From contig JBBDXN010000144.1 of NCBI GenBank assembly GCA_040902305.1, positions 3,532 through 67,531 of the forward strand: DNA of 64,000 bases, in the 5' to 3' direction. Below the pieces are notes generated by a model. The model was not told the DNA's origin and searched no databases. It saw nothing but the letters and a program-made list of their open reading frames with translations. This DNA is from Candidatus Rokuibacteriota bacterium (GTDB lineage: Bacteria; Methylomirabilota; Methylomirabilia; Rokubacteriales; CSP1-6). Shown here one piece after another: positions 54,740-63,915 of the stretch (positions within the stretch are counted from its first letter, which is position 1; the number at the start of each line of letters is the position of its first letter). A program made the position numbers and the translations under genes.

Positions 54740-55579
54740 GTGAGAGTTCGCAGATACGGGATCCTTCTCGCGGTGCTACTCGTGTCCCTCCTGCTGCTGA
54801 CGGTGCAGACTCGCGGCGGCGGCACGGGGCGAGCGAGCGAGCTGGTCGCGATCGCGGTCACCCCGGTCCAGAGCCTGCTGGTGCGGATCCATCGCGGCGC
54901 CCTCGACTTCTGGGCCAACTACGTCGATTGGAAGTCGGTGCGGCGGGAGAACGCGACTCTCCGCGGAGAGAACGAGCAGTTGCGCGTGCAGGCGCTCCAG
55001 GCCGGCGAGAACCAGGCGGAGAACGCGCGGCTCCGCCGCCTCCTGGTCCTGCGGGACCGGCTGCCCCTCGCCACCGTGGCCGGCGAAGTCATCGGGCGCG
55101 AGGCCGGCGGCTGGGTGCGCTCCCTCACCGTCAATCGCGGGCGGGGCGACGGCATCGCCCAGCAGACGCCGGTCATCGTGCCGGACGGGCTGGTGGGGCG
55201 AGTCGTCCAGGCGCATCGCAGCGCCGCGGTCATCCAGCTCCTGAACGATCCGGCTTCCACGGTGGGCGCGGTGGCGCAGCGCACCCGCACCGCCGGGCTC
55301 GTGGAAGGGGATGCGGGGGGCGCGGTGCGCTTCAAGTTCATGGCCCGTGACGGCTCCAGCGTCGCCGCGGGCGATCTCGTGGTCACCTCGGGCCTGGGTA
55401 CCCTCTTCCCCAAGGGCCTTCCGGTCGGGCGGGTCGTGAAGATCGAGGACAAGGGCTCGGCCCTCTTCCACTTCGCGGTGCTCGCGCCCGCGGTCGATTT
55501 CTCTCGCGTCGAGGAAGTGCTGCTCATCACCGGGCAGACCATCCAGGACCTCGCCGCGCTGTTCCCCGCGGACGGCTAG
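54740..55579 (+). CDS. mreC: Rod shape-determining protein MreC
   Basis: N-terminal TM, coiled-coil ENATLRGENEQLRVQ, motifs PVIVPDGLVGRV and TSGLGTLFPKGLPVGRV. Confidence 0.92.
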   Translation: MRVRRYGILLAVLLVSLLLLTVQTRGGGTGRASELVAIAVTPVQSLLVRIHRGALDFWANYVDWKSVRRENATLRGENEQLRVQALQAGENQAENARLRRLLVLRDRLPLATVAGEVIGREAGGWVRSLTVNRGRGDGIAQQTPVIVPDGLVGRVVQAHRSAAVIQLLNDPASTVGAVAQRTRTAGLVEGDAGGAVRFKFMARDGSSVAAGDLVVTSGLGTLFPKGLPVGRVVKIEDKGSALFHFAVLAPAVDFSRVEEVLLITGQTIQDLAALFPADG

Positions 55580-55581
55580 TC

Positions 55582-56076
55582 ATGCTGCGCCTGCTCCTGC
55601 TCCTCGTGATCGTGGGGGGCGGCGTCCTGCAATCGACGGTGGTCGCGGTCGCCGGGGTCGGGGGGATCATGCCCGACGTGCCGCTGATCCTCACCGTGCT
55701 CATCGCCCTGCGGTACGGTCCGGAGTCGGGTTGTCTCGCCGGCTTCGTCGCCGGGCTCCTTCAGGACGCGACCGGGGGCGGCCTCGTGGGGGTGCAGGCT
55801 CTCACCAAGGGCCTGGCCGGCTTCGGCATGGGCCTCCTGGTAGGGCGCTTCTGGGTCGGCAATCCGCTCGTCCAGGTGCCCGGGCTGGTGCTGCTCAGCG
55901 TGGTGGAGGGGCTCGGGCGGTTTCTCCTCCTGCAGATGTTCCACTACCCGGCGGCGTTCGGCGACCTCATGCTCCACGTGATCCTGCCCCAGGCGCTCTA
56001 CAACGGCCTGATCGGCACCCTGTGCATCCTGGCCGAGGCGGGCTACGAGCTGATGCGGAGGCGAACGTGGAGGTGA
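55582..56076 (+). CDS. mreD: Rod shape-determining protein MreD
   Basis: 164-aa polytopic ORF between mreC and mrdA. Motifs PDVPLILTVLIAL and GLLQD. Confidence 0.85.
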   Translation: MLRLLLLLVIVGGGVLQSTVVAVAGVGGIMPDVPLILTVLIALRYGPESGCLAGFVAGLLQDATGGGLVGVQALTKGLAGFGMGLLVGRFWVGNPLVQVPGLVLLSVVEGLGRFLLLQMFHYPAAFGDLMLHVILPQALYNGLIGTLCILAEAGYELMRRRTWR

Positions 56077-57875
56077 ACCCGACGCCCTCGAATCGCCGCG
56101 AGGCCTGGGGCCGGCGGGTCCTGGCGCTCGCGGTGGTCAGCTCCATCGGGTTCGTCGCGCTGCTGGGCCAGCTCTGGTATCTGCAGGTGCTGGAAGGCGG
56201 GCGCCTGCAAGAGCTGTCGGAGAAGAACCGGATCCGCATCCGGCCGGTCGCCGCGCCCCGCGGCATCCTGTTCGACCGGAACGGGCTCGCGCTGGTCGAC
56301 AATCGCCCCGCCTTCACGCTCTCGCTGATCCCGCGCGAGATGGAGGACCGCCACCAGGTGGTGGCCCGGCTGTCCGTCCTGCTCAAGATGCCGGTGACCG
56401 AGCTGCTGGAGGCGCTGGAGCGCGTCCCCGCGGATTCGATCCGCCCGGTGCGGGTCCGCCGCGGCCTCTCGCTGGAGGACGTCACCAAGGTCGAGGAGCG
56501 CAAGCTCGAGCTCCCGGGCGTCATCGTGGAGGTCGAGCCGCAGCGCACGTATCCCACCAGCACGTTCGCCGCTCATCTCCTCGGTTATGTTCGAGAAGTC
56601 AGCGACGAGCAGATGAAGCAGGGCCGGTACCGCCGAGGCGACATGATCGGGCAGTCCGGCCTCGAGCGGCTCCTCGACGAGTACCTGCGCGGGCGGGACG
56701 GCGGCGAGCGGATCGAGGTCGACGCGTTCGGCCGGCCGGTGCAGGTCATGCGGCGCGAGGAGCCCGATCCGGGCGCGCAGGTCGTCACCACCATCGATCG
56801 CCGAATCCAGGAGGCGGCGGAGCAGGCGATGGCCGGGAAGGCCGGCTCGGTGGTGGTGCTGGACCCGCGCACCGGCGATGTCCTCGCCCTGACGTCGAGC
56901 CCGGCCTTTTCCCTCGACCGGTTCACCGGGAACCTGGATCGCGACGAGTGGGTGCGGCTCGTGCGCGATCCGATGACCCCGCTGCTGAACCGGGCGCTCC
57001 AGGGGCAGTATCCGCCCGCCTCGGTGTTCAAGATCGTCGTCGCGGCCGCCGGGCTCCAGGAAGGCTCGCTCACGCCGATGGACCGCGTGTACTGCAACGG
57101 GGAGTTCAGCCTGGGCAACTGGACCTTCAATGACTGGAAGCCGGGCGGGCACGGTCACCTGGACTTCGCCGGGTCCGTCGCGCAGTCGTGCGACATCTTC
57201 TTCTACCAGGCCGGGCTCAAGGTGGGCGCGGACGTCATGGCGAAGTACGCGCAGGCCTTCGGCCTGGGGGCGCCCACCGGCATCGATCTGGGCGGGGAGC
57301 GGTTCGGGCTGGTGCCGCTATCCCCCGCGCAGCGCCAGCGCAGCAAGCGGCGCTGGCTGCCCGGTGACACCGTCAACATGTCGATCGGGCAGGGCCAGCT
57401 CCTGGTGACGCCGCTGCAGATCGCGCGCATGATGGGGGCGGTGGCCAACGGCGGGATCCTCTGGAAGCCCCGGCTGGTCCAGCGGGTGGAGCGCGCGGAC
57501 GGGACGCTCGCCTACGCCTCCTCCAGCCAGATGACCGATCGGGTCGAGCTGTCGCCGGTGGTCTGGGCCTTCCTGCGCCACTCCCTGACCGCGGTGGTCA
57601 AGGACGGCACCGGGGCGCTGGCCCGGGTGCCCGGCGTCGACATCGCGGGCAAGACGGGCACCGCTCAGACCGTCTCCAAGAGCGACTCCTCGAAGGGACA
57701 GGACCACGCGTGGTTTGCCTCCTTCGCCCCCGCCGACGACCCGCAATACGTGGTGGTGGTGCTGGTGGAGCGCGGCGGCAAGGGCGGGCAGGTCGCGGCG
57801 CCGATCGCGCGGCAGATCTACGAAGCCATCTTCCTCCAGAAGGTGGCCCAGGTGACGCTCGGCGAGTCCAGCTGA
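56067..57875 (+). CDS. mrdA: Penicillin-binding protein 2 (elongation transpeptidase)
   Basis: GTG 56067 (or 56073) overlaps the mreD end. The PBP dimerisation domain is followed by SVFK (SxxK), SIGQG and KTGTA motifs. Confidence 0.92.
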   Translation: MEVNPTPSNRREAWGRRVLALAVVSSIGFVALLGQLWYLQVLEGGRLQELSEKNRIRIRPVAAPRGILFDRNGLALVDNRPAFTLSLIPREMEDRHQVVARLSVLLKMPVTELLEALERVPADSIRPVRVRRGLSLEDVTKVEERKLELPGVIVEVEPQRTYPTSTFAAHLLGYVREVSDEQMKQGRYRRGDMIGQSGLERLLDEYLRGRDGGERIEVDAFGRPVQVMRREEPDPGAQVVTTIDRRIQEAAEQAMAGKAGSVVVLDPRTGDVLALTSSPAFSLDRFTGNLDRDEWVRLVRDPMTPLLNRALQGQYPPASVFKIVVAAAGLQEGSLTPMDRVYCNGEFSLGNWTFNDWKPGGHGHLDFAGSVAQSCDIFFYQAGLKVGADVMAKYAQAFGLGAPTGIDLGGERFGLVPLSPAQRQRSKRRWLPGDTVNMSIGQGQLLVTPLQIARMMGAVANGGILWKPRLVQRVERADGTLAYASSSQMTDRVELSPVVWAFLRHSLTAVVKDGTGALARVPGVDIAGKTGTAQTVSKSDSSKGQDHAWFASFAPADDPQYVVVVLVERGGKGGQVAAPIARQIYEAIFLQKVAQVTLGESS

Positions 57876-58969
57876 TGATGTTGAAGATGGACCGGCGTCT
57901 GCTCCAGAACGTCGACTGGCCGTTGCTGGGCGCCGCCTTCTTCATCATCGGGCTCGGCTTCGTCTGCCTCTGGAGCCTCAATCCCGGCCGCGGCATCTCG
58001 ACGCTGATGTGGCGCCAGCTCTCGTGGGTGGGCGTCGGACTCCTCGGTCTCCTCGTGGTGGTCAGCGTGGACTACCGGAATCTGGTGCGGTTCGCCCCGG
58101 TCTTCTACGTGGTCGGCCTCGGCCTGCTGATCAGCGTGTTCGTGCTGGGTCGTACCGTCTCGGGCGCGCAGCGCTGGATCCACCTGGGGCCTTTCACGGT
58201 GCAGCCGTCGGAGGTCTTCAAGCTGATCTTCATCATCACGCTGGCGTGGGCGCTGACCTCCGGCCGCGGAGAGCGATTGGGCCGCGGCGCCCTGATCGGA
58301 GCCTTCGTGCTCCTGGGCGTGCCGTTCTACCTGGTGGTGCGCCAGCCGGACCTGGGGACCGGGCTGGTCCTGGTGCCGGTGCTCGCCGCGACCCTGGTGG
58401 GCCTCGGCCTGCGGATGAAGGTGCTGGGGGGGCTCGCCCTCGCGGCGGTGGCCGCCATGCCGCTCGCCTGGCTCGTGCTCAAGCCGTACCAGCGGGACCG
58501 GCTGCTCGTCTATCTCGATCCGTTCCGCGATCCGCTCGGAACGGCCTACAATGTCATTCAGGCGAAGATCGCCATTGGTTCGGGCCAGCTCCTGGGGAAG
58601 GGCATCGGCGGCGCCACGCAGAGCCGCCTCGCTTTTCTCCCCGAGCGGCACACCGACTTCATTTTTGCCGTATTCGCGGAGATGTGGGGGTTCCTCGGTT
58701 GTCTGGTGCTGATCGTGGCCTACGCGCTCCTGGTGTTGCGGGGGTTCGAGATCGCGGCCGGCACGCGTGAGATGCGGGGGCGCATTCTGGCTCTCGGAGT
58801 GACGAGCGTGTTCGCGGTCCAGATCCTGGTCAATATCGGCATGGTGACGGGCCTGCTCCCCATCGTGGGGATTCCGCTGCCGCTCATGAGCTACGGCGGC
58901 TCCTCCATGGTGGTCTCACTGACAGCGCTGGGCCTCCTGATCTCGATCCGAATGCGGCAGTTCCACTAA
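57875..58969 (+). CDS. rodA: SEDS-family peptidoglycan polymerase RodA
   Basis: The ATG overlaps the mrdA stop. Motifs QPSEVFKL, FLPERHTDFIFAV, LPLMSYGGSS. Confidence 0.93.
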   Translation: MMLKMDRRLLQNVDWPLLGAAFFIIGLGFVCLWSLNPGRGISTLMWRQLSWVGVGLLGLLVVVSVDYRNLVRFAPVFYVVGLGLLISVFVLGRTVSGAQRWIHLGPFTVQPSEVFKLIFIITLAWALTSGRGERLGRGALIGAFVLLGVPFYLVVRQPDLGTGLVLVPVLAATLVGLGLRMKVLGGLALAAVAAMPLAWLVLKPYQRDRLLVYLDPFRDPLGTAYNVIQAKIAIGSGQLLGKGIGGATQSRLAFLPERHTDFIFAVFAEMWGFLGCLVLIVAYALLVLRGFEIAAGTREMRGRILALGVTSVFAVQILVNIGMVTGLLPIVGIPLPLMSYGGSSMVVSLTALGLLISIRMRQFH

Positions 58970-59022
58970 CCGCATAACTGCTGGCCGGGTCTCCCTCGCG
59001 GGACCCCGGATCGAGGTCGGCC

Positions 59023-60561
59023 GTGGGTAAGCGCATCGTCGTCAACGCCGGTGTGACGGAAACGCGTCTCGCCGTCCAGGACGGGAATCTCCTCACCGAG
59101 CTCTACATCGAACGCGCCGACCGGCGCTCCATCGTCGGCAACATCTACAAGGGCGTCGTCACCAACGTGCTGCCCGGCATGCAGGCCGCGTTCGTGGACA
59201 TCGGGCTCGCCAAGGACGCCTTCCTGTACGCGGGGGACTACACCGCCAACCTCGGAGCGGAGGACTCCGTTCCCTCCGAGGACGACGAGACGTCCGACGT
59301 GGACGAGGGGGAGGGTGAGGCCGAGGGCGACGCGGAGGCGGAGCCGCGGCGCCAGGCGGTGGCCCCGATCGAGGAGATGCTCCGCAAGGGCCAGGAGGTT
59401 CTGGTGCAGGTGTCGAAGGAGTCCCTGGGCACCAAGGGGGCGCGGGTGACCTCGTTCGTGTCCATTCCCGGTCGCTACATCGTCTACATGCCGCACTCGC
59501 GCCACGTCGGAGTCTCGCGGCGGATCCACGACGACGCGGAGCGCGATCGGCTCCGCGCCATCGTCAAGGGACTCCCCGCGCAGCCCGGCGGCTTCATCGT
59601 GCGAACCGTCGCGGAGGGAAAAGGGGAGGAGGAGCTGGCCGCCGACATCCAGTTCCTGAGCCGGCTCTGGGCCCAGGTGCAGGCGCGCTTCGACTCGGCC
59701 AAGGCCCCGTCCCTGCTCCACGCGGAGATGGACGTCACCTTCCGGGTGGTGCGGGACCTCTTCTCGGCCGAGGTGGAGGAGTTCCTGGTGGACAGCCCGG
59801 CCGCCTACGCGAAGTGCCTCGAGTTCGCCACCTCACTCGTGCCGCAGCTCGCCCCCCGGGTCAAGCAGTGGGACAAGGACACCCCGATCTTCGAGGCCAC
59901 CGGCATCGAGCGCGAGATCGACAAGGCGTTGCGCCGTCGCGTGTGGCTCAAGTCGGGCGGCTACATCGTCATCGACCACACCGAGGCCCTCGTGGCCATC
60001 GACGTCAACACCGGCAAGTACGTGGGCAAGCGGGACTTCGAGGAGACGGTGCTCAAGATCAATCTGGAGGCGGCCACCGAGGTGGTCCGCCAGATCCGGC
60101 TGCGGGACCTGGGCGGGATCATCATCATCGACTTCATCGACATGGAGCGGGCCGAGCACCGAGACCAGGTCTTCAAGGCGCTGACCCGCGCGCTCGCGGA
60201 CGACAAGGCCCGCACCAACGTGCTGGAGATCTCGGAGCTCGGGCTGGTGGAGATGACGCGCAAGCGCGTGCGGCAGAGCCTGCAGTCCCTCTTCTGCGCG
60301 CCGTGCCCGACCTGCAAGGGCAGCGGCGTGGTCAAGTCGGACGCCACGCTCTCCGCCGAGATCTTCCGCAAGATCCAGGCCCAGAGCGGGGAGGGCGGCG
60401 CCGGGGACGTGGTGATCCGCGTCCACCCGGAAATGGCTCATCAACTGGAATCGAGCCAGCGCGAGGGGGTCGATCGCCTGCAGGCCCTGATCGGACGCAA
60501 GCTCGTGATCCAGGCGGTGCCGTCGTATCATCGCGAGCAGTACGAGCTGACCGTCAAGTAG
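59023..60561 (+). CDS. rng: Ribonuclease G (RNase E/G family)
   Basis: S1 domain IYKGVVTNVLPGMQAAFVDIG with an acidic insert. Catalytic core ALVAIDVNTGKY, GGIIIIDFIDM. Zn-link CPTCKGSG. Confidence 0.9.
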   Translation: MGKRIVVNAGVTETRLAVQDGNLLTELYIERADRRSIVGNIYKGVVTNVLPGMQAAFVDIGLAKDAFLYAGDYTANLGAEDSVPSEDDETSDVDEGEGEAEGDAEAEPRRQAVAPIEEMLRKGQEVLVQVSKESLGTKGARVTSFVSIPGRYIVYMPHSRHVGVSRRIHDDAERDRLRAIVKGLPAQPGGFIVRTVAEGKGEEELAADIQFLSRLWAQVQARFDSAKAPSLLHAEMDVTFRVVRDLFSAEVEEFLVDSPAAYAKCLEFATSLVPQLAPRVKQWDKDTPIFEATGIEREIDKALRRRVWLKSGGYIVIDHTEALVAIDVNTGKYVGKRDFEETVLKINLEAATEVVRQIRLRDLGGIIIIDFIDMERAEHRDQVFKALTRALADDKARTNVLEISELGLVEMTRKRVRQSLQSLFCAPCPTCKGSGVVKSDATLSAEIFRKIQAQSGEGGAGDVVIRVHPEMAHQLESSQREGVDRLQALIGRKLVIQAVPSYHREQYELTVK

Positions 60562-60577
60562 CCGGAGCGGAGCCCGC

Positions 60578-60907
60578 ATGACGCGACCCTCGCGCATCAG
60601 CCGCGCGGTCATCGTCGGCCAGCTCCGGGTGGCCGCCACCCGAGGGGACCGTGCGGCCCTCACGCTCGCGATCGATCAGATGAAGACGTGGGCGTACTCG
60701 CCGCGGTACTGGCAGAAGTACATGCAGCTTCTGACGCATCCCTTGGCAAGGCTCGTCGACCTCACCGTGATCAAGCAGGGAGACAAGATCGCGCACCAGA
60801 AGGGGTGGGTGAAGCCCAAGCGCGAGCCGCGCAAACCCAAGCCCAAGCGTGCCCGCCGCGCCGCGCGGTCGGTCCCCGCCCAGCCGTCGCTGTTCCCGGA
60901 GCTCTGA
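60578..60907 (+). CDS. Hypothetical small protein with basic Pro/Lys/Arg tail
   Basis: 109-aa ORF following rng. The tail KPKREPRKPKPKRARRAARSVPAQPSLFPEL ends in a QxSLF-like motif. No family recognised. Confidence 0.45.
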   Translation: MTRPSRISRAVIVGQLRVAATRGDRAALTLAIDQMKTWAYSPRYWQKYMQLLTHPLARLVDLTVIKQGDKIAHQKGWVKPKREPRKPKPKRARRAARSVPAQPSLFPEL

Positions 60908-60968
60908 CCTGGCCCTCGATCCGGGCTGCCCGCTTGACTACCCGGGTAGGGTATAAGCGGGAGGGGCC

Positions 60969-61736
60969 ATGGGACGAGCGCGCGCGATCGGGCTGATCGG
61001 AGGACTCGCGGCGCTGGCCGGCGTGGCCGCGCTGCTGGCTCCACCCATCCCTCAGGATCCCGCCTATCATCGTCTGGCGGATGCGCGCGGATGGCTCGGC
61101 ATCCCCAACACCCTGAACGTGCTGTCCAATGTCGGCTTCCTGCTGGTCGGCGCGCTCGGATTGGGCTACCTCCGCGGGGCCGGGGACTCGGGTCGGGCCT
61201 TCCGGGAGCCGGTCGAGCGATGGCCGTACGTGGTCGTCTTCGGCGGCCTGCTCCTGACCGGAATCGGCTCCGCCTACTACCACTGGGATCCCGACAACGA
61301 GCGGCTGGCGTGGGACCGGCTCCCGCTCGCGATCACCCTGATGGGCCTGCTCGCCGCCACGATCGCGGAGCGGATCGGGGTGGCGGTGGCGCTCTGGCTC
61401 CTGGGGCCCCTCGTCGCGCTCGGGGCGGGCTCCGTCGTCTACTGGCACTGGACCGAGCAGCAGGGCGCGGGCGATCTGCGCCTGTACGCCCTGGTGCAGT
61501 TCTATCCGATCGTGGCCGTCCCGCTCATGCTCTGGGCGCTGCCGCCTCGCTATACCCGGGGCGGCGCCCTCCTCGCGGCCGCCGCGACCTACGCGGTGGC
61601 GAAGGTGGCGGAGGCCCTGGACGGCTGGATTCTCTCGGCGACCCGCGTGGTGAGCGGGCACACCCTCAAGCATCTGCTGGCCGCGCTGGCGGGGTACTGG
61701 GTGCTGCGCATGCTCCGGCACGGCCGGCCGGCCTAG
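60969..61736 (+). CDS. Ceramidase-like (alkaline phytoceramidase family) integral membrane protein
   Basis: GGGAGGGG SD. 7-TM pattern. NTLSNVGFLLVG, SAYYHWDPDNERLAWDRLP and SGHTLKHLLAA resemble the bacterial ceramidase-domain family. Confidence 0.68.
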   Translation: MGRARAIGLIGGLAALAGVAALLAPPIPQDPAYHRLADARGWLGIPNTLNVLSNVGFLLVGALGLGYLRGAGDSGRAFREPVERWPYVVVFGGLLLTGIGSAYYHWDPDNERLAWDRLPLAITLMGLLAATIAERIGVAVALWLLGPLVALGAGSVVYWHWTEQQGAGDLRLYALVQFYPIVAVPLMLWALPPRYTRGGALLAAAATYAVAKVAEALDGWILSATRVVSGHTLKHLLAALAGYWVLRMLRHGRPA

Positions 61737-61751
61737 AATGGGGACACGACG

Positions 61752-62030
61752 ATGGACAGCCAGACGAAAGCGAAGGCGCTGGGCCGGCTGCGCCGGATCG
61801 AGGGCCAGGTGCAGGGCATCCAGCGGATGGTCGAGGAGGACAAGGACTGCGTCGACATCCTCCTCCAGCTCACCGCGGTGCAGGGCGCGGTGGAGCAGGT
61901 GCAGAAGCTCTTGCTGGGCCAGCACCTCGAGTCGTGCGTCGCGGACGCAGTGCGCACGGGCAGCTCGCGCGATCGCCAGCGGAAGCTCGACGAGCTGCTG
62001 GATGTCTTCTCCCGGTTCTCCGGACGCTAG
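61752..62030 (+). CDS. csoR: CsoR/RcnR/FrmR-family metal-sensing transcriptional repressor
   Basis: 92 aa. LRRIEGQVQGIQRMVEEDKDCVDILLQLTAVQGA...HLESCV contains the C-H-C ligand pattern. Confidence 0.88.
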   Translation: MDSQTKAKALGRLRRIEGQVQGIQRMVEEDKDCVDILLQLTAVQGAVEQVQKLLLGQHLESCVADAVRTGSSRDRQRKLDELLDVFSRFSGR

Positions 62031-62112
62031 GAGCGGGTATGCTCGATCCGATCACCCATAGCCAGCGGCCCGGCCGCTTCCGCCCGAATGGGCGGCGAAA
62101 GGAGCGATGACG

Positions 62113-62259
62113 ATGGCCAAGGATCCGGTGTGTCAGATGGACGTGGAGCCGAAACAGGCGGCGGGGGAGTCGAAGTACCAGGGGCAGACGTACTACTTCT
62201 GCGCCGTCGGCTGCAAGACCAAGTTCGACGCCGACCCCGGGAAGTATCTCGGCAAGTGA
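62113..62259 (+). CDS. YHS-domain metal-binding mini-protein (below the ORF-track size cut-off)
   Basis: My own translation gives MAKDPVCQMDVEPKQAAGESKYQGQTYYFCAVGCKTKFDADPGKYLGK*. AAAGGAG SD. An alternative ATG is at 62107. Confidence 0.8.
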   Translation: MAKDPVCQMDVEPKQAAGESKYQGQTYYFCAVGCKTKFDADPGKYLGK

Positions 62260-63149
62260 TCGATTCGCCGTTCCTCGCCGGCCGCGACCGGTACGAGCGG
62301 GTGATGGAAGGGTGGGTGGACAACACTCACGAGGCCGCCTTTACTCACACCGTGCAGATCACCGACCCGGCCGGCGGGGTCGAGGTGAGCCTGGTCTGTA
62401 CTCCGTCGCCCGGCTACGAGGTCCGGGCCGCGAGCGCTCGGGCCCTGTCAGGAGCTGTCGATCCGGGCATCCCCGCGGACTTCCCGGAGCTCGGCGGCAC
62501 GCGCATGGTCGGCGGGTTCACCAAGCGCCTGGCCGAGCTGTGCAAAGCCCGGCCGGGCGCCGGTCTGTTCGTCGACGCGGGTATCGAGGTGGCGCGGCTG
62601 GCGCGTCAGGTCACCAAGCTGCCCGTTGCCGCCGTCACGCGGCTCGACCCGGGGGATGCGCTCGCGTGCTGGCGGCTCGACACGACGGGCTGGGTAGATC
62701 TGCCCGACTCGTGCTTCACCTACAGCCCGGCCGGCCGCGCTCTGTTCGGAACGCGGCCGGTGTCCACGCCGATGGTGCCCGCGCTCTACAGCCCGCCCCC
62801 GGGGGCCCGGAAGATCTTCGCGAGGAAGAAAGTGGCGCGCCTCGTCCTCACGGGCCGCCGGTTGCATCTCTTTCACTCCATGCATGACAACGTGCACGGC
62901 TTCGACCTGCACTACGAGCTGGATCTGGACCGCGGGGTGATCGTGGCCGCCGACTCGGTTACCTCGCGACTGCCATATGCCGGGATCTGCACCGAGCCCC
63001 AGGGCAAGATCACCTCGCTGATCGAGCAGCCGGTCGACGCGTTGCTGCGCAAGCGGATCCAGACCTTGCTCGGGGGACGCTCGGGCTGCGCCCAGCTCTA
63101 TGACCTGACCGCCGACCTGCTCAAGCTGCTATCGCTTCCATCTCCGTAA
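62256..63149 (+). CDS. DUF2889-like protein (two-lobed)
   Basis: The GTG overlaps the YHS stop (GTGA). C-terminal part HSMHDNVHGFDLHYELD...ICTEPQGKI...GRSGCAQLYDLT resembles DUF2889. The first 56 codons of the listed ORF are out-of-frame overlap with the YHS gene. Confidence 0.68.
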   Translation: MIDSPFLAGRDRYERVMEGWVDNTHEAAFTHTVQITDPAGGVEVSLVCTPSPGYEVRAASARALSGAVDPGIPADFPELGGTRMVGGFTKRLAELCKARPGAGLFVDAGIEVARLARQVTKLPVAAVTRLDPGDALACWRLDTTGWVDLPDSCFTYSPAGRALFGTRPVSTPMVPALYSPPPGARKIFARKKVARLVLTGRRLHLFHSMHDNVHGFDLHYELDLDRGVIVAADSVTSRLPYAGICTEPQGKITSLIEQPVDALLRKRIQTLLGGRSGCAQLYDLTADLLKLLSLPSP

Positions 63150-63180
63150 ACACCGGTAATACCTCCGATATTCGCAAAGT

Positions 63181-63209
63181 TTGACAAGCCAGTTTGACCC
63201 CGATATTAT
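63181..63209 (+). promoter_or_regulatory. Sigma-70 promoter of the TetR-family gene
   Basis: TTGACA (63181-86), 17-nt spacer, TATTAT (63204-09). Confidence 0.6.
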
Positions 63210-63213
63210 TCTG

Positions 63214-63229
63214 TACCGACTGGTTGGTA
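63214..63229. promoter_or_regulatory. Candidate TetR operator (imperfect palindrome just after the -10)
   Basis: TACCGAC-TG-GTTGGTA pairs 6 of 7 positions. Confidence 0.4.
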
Positions 63230-63249
63230 TAGAGGGAGAGGAGCGAGAG

Positions 63250-63915
63250 ATGGCGCCCGCAAGCCCGGTGGTGACCGAGACCAAGAGCCAGCTTGAGAAG
63301 AGCCAGCCTGAGACCAAGAGCCAGAAGGGCGCGGCGACTCGCGATCAGATCCTCAACGCGGCTTCTCGCCTCATCCACGTGCAGGGGTACCAGTCCACCT
63401 CGCTCGACGACGTGCTGAGAGAGAGCGGGGTCGGCAAGGGCAACTTCTACTACTACTTCAAGAGCAAGGAAGACCTGGGCTACGCCATCATCGATCGCAT
63501 CACGCGCGCCTTCGTCGAGCGTGGCCTGGGGCCGGCCTTCGCGGACACCGAGACCGATCCGATCGCGCAGCTCCACGCCTTCTTCGATCGGGTGGTGGAT
63601 GCCCAGCGGCAGCGCAACTGCGTGGGCGGCTGCGTGATGGGCAACCTCGCGTGCGAGCTCTCCGACGTGCACGAGGGCTTCCGCCAGCGGCTGGCCGGTA
63701 TCTTCGACGTCTACCGGACCCATCTCGCGGAGGCGATAGGCCGCGGCCAGCAAAGCGGTCGGCTCCGGCCGGACGCGGACGCCTCACGGGTTGCCCAGTT
63801 CCTCGTGGCCGGCCTCGAGGGCGCGATCCTGCTCAGCAAGGTCACCCGGGACATCACGGTCATGGAGCGATGCGTGATGGAGCTCAAAGAGCACCTCGCG
63901 CTCTACAGGATATGA
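63250..63915 (+). CDS. TetR/AcrR family transcriptional regulator
   Basis: GGGAGAGGAG SD. HTH TSLDDVLRESGVGKGNFYYYFKSKEDL. 221 aa. Confidence 0.9.
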   Translation: MAPASPVVTETKSQLEKSQPETKSQKGAATRDQILNAASRLIHVQGYQSTSLDDVLRESGVGKGNFYYYFKSKEDLGYAIIDRITRAFVERGLGPAFADTETDPIAQLHAFFDRVVDAQRQRNCVGGCVMGNLACELSDVHEGFRQRLAGIFDVYRTHLAEAIGRGQQSGRLRPDADASRVAQFLVAGLEGAILLSKVTRDITVMERCVMELKEHLALYRI

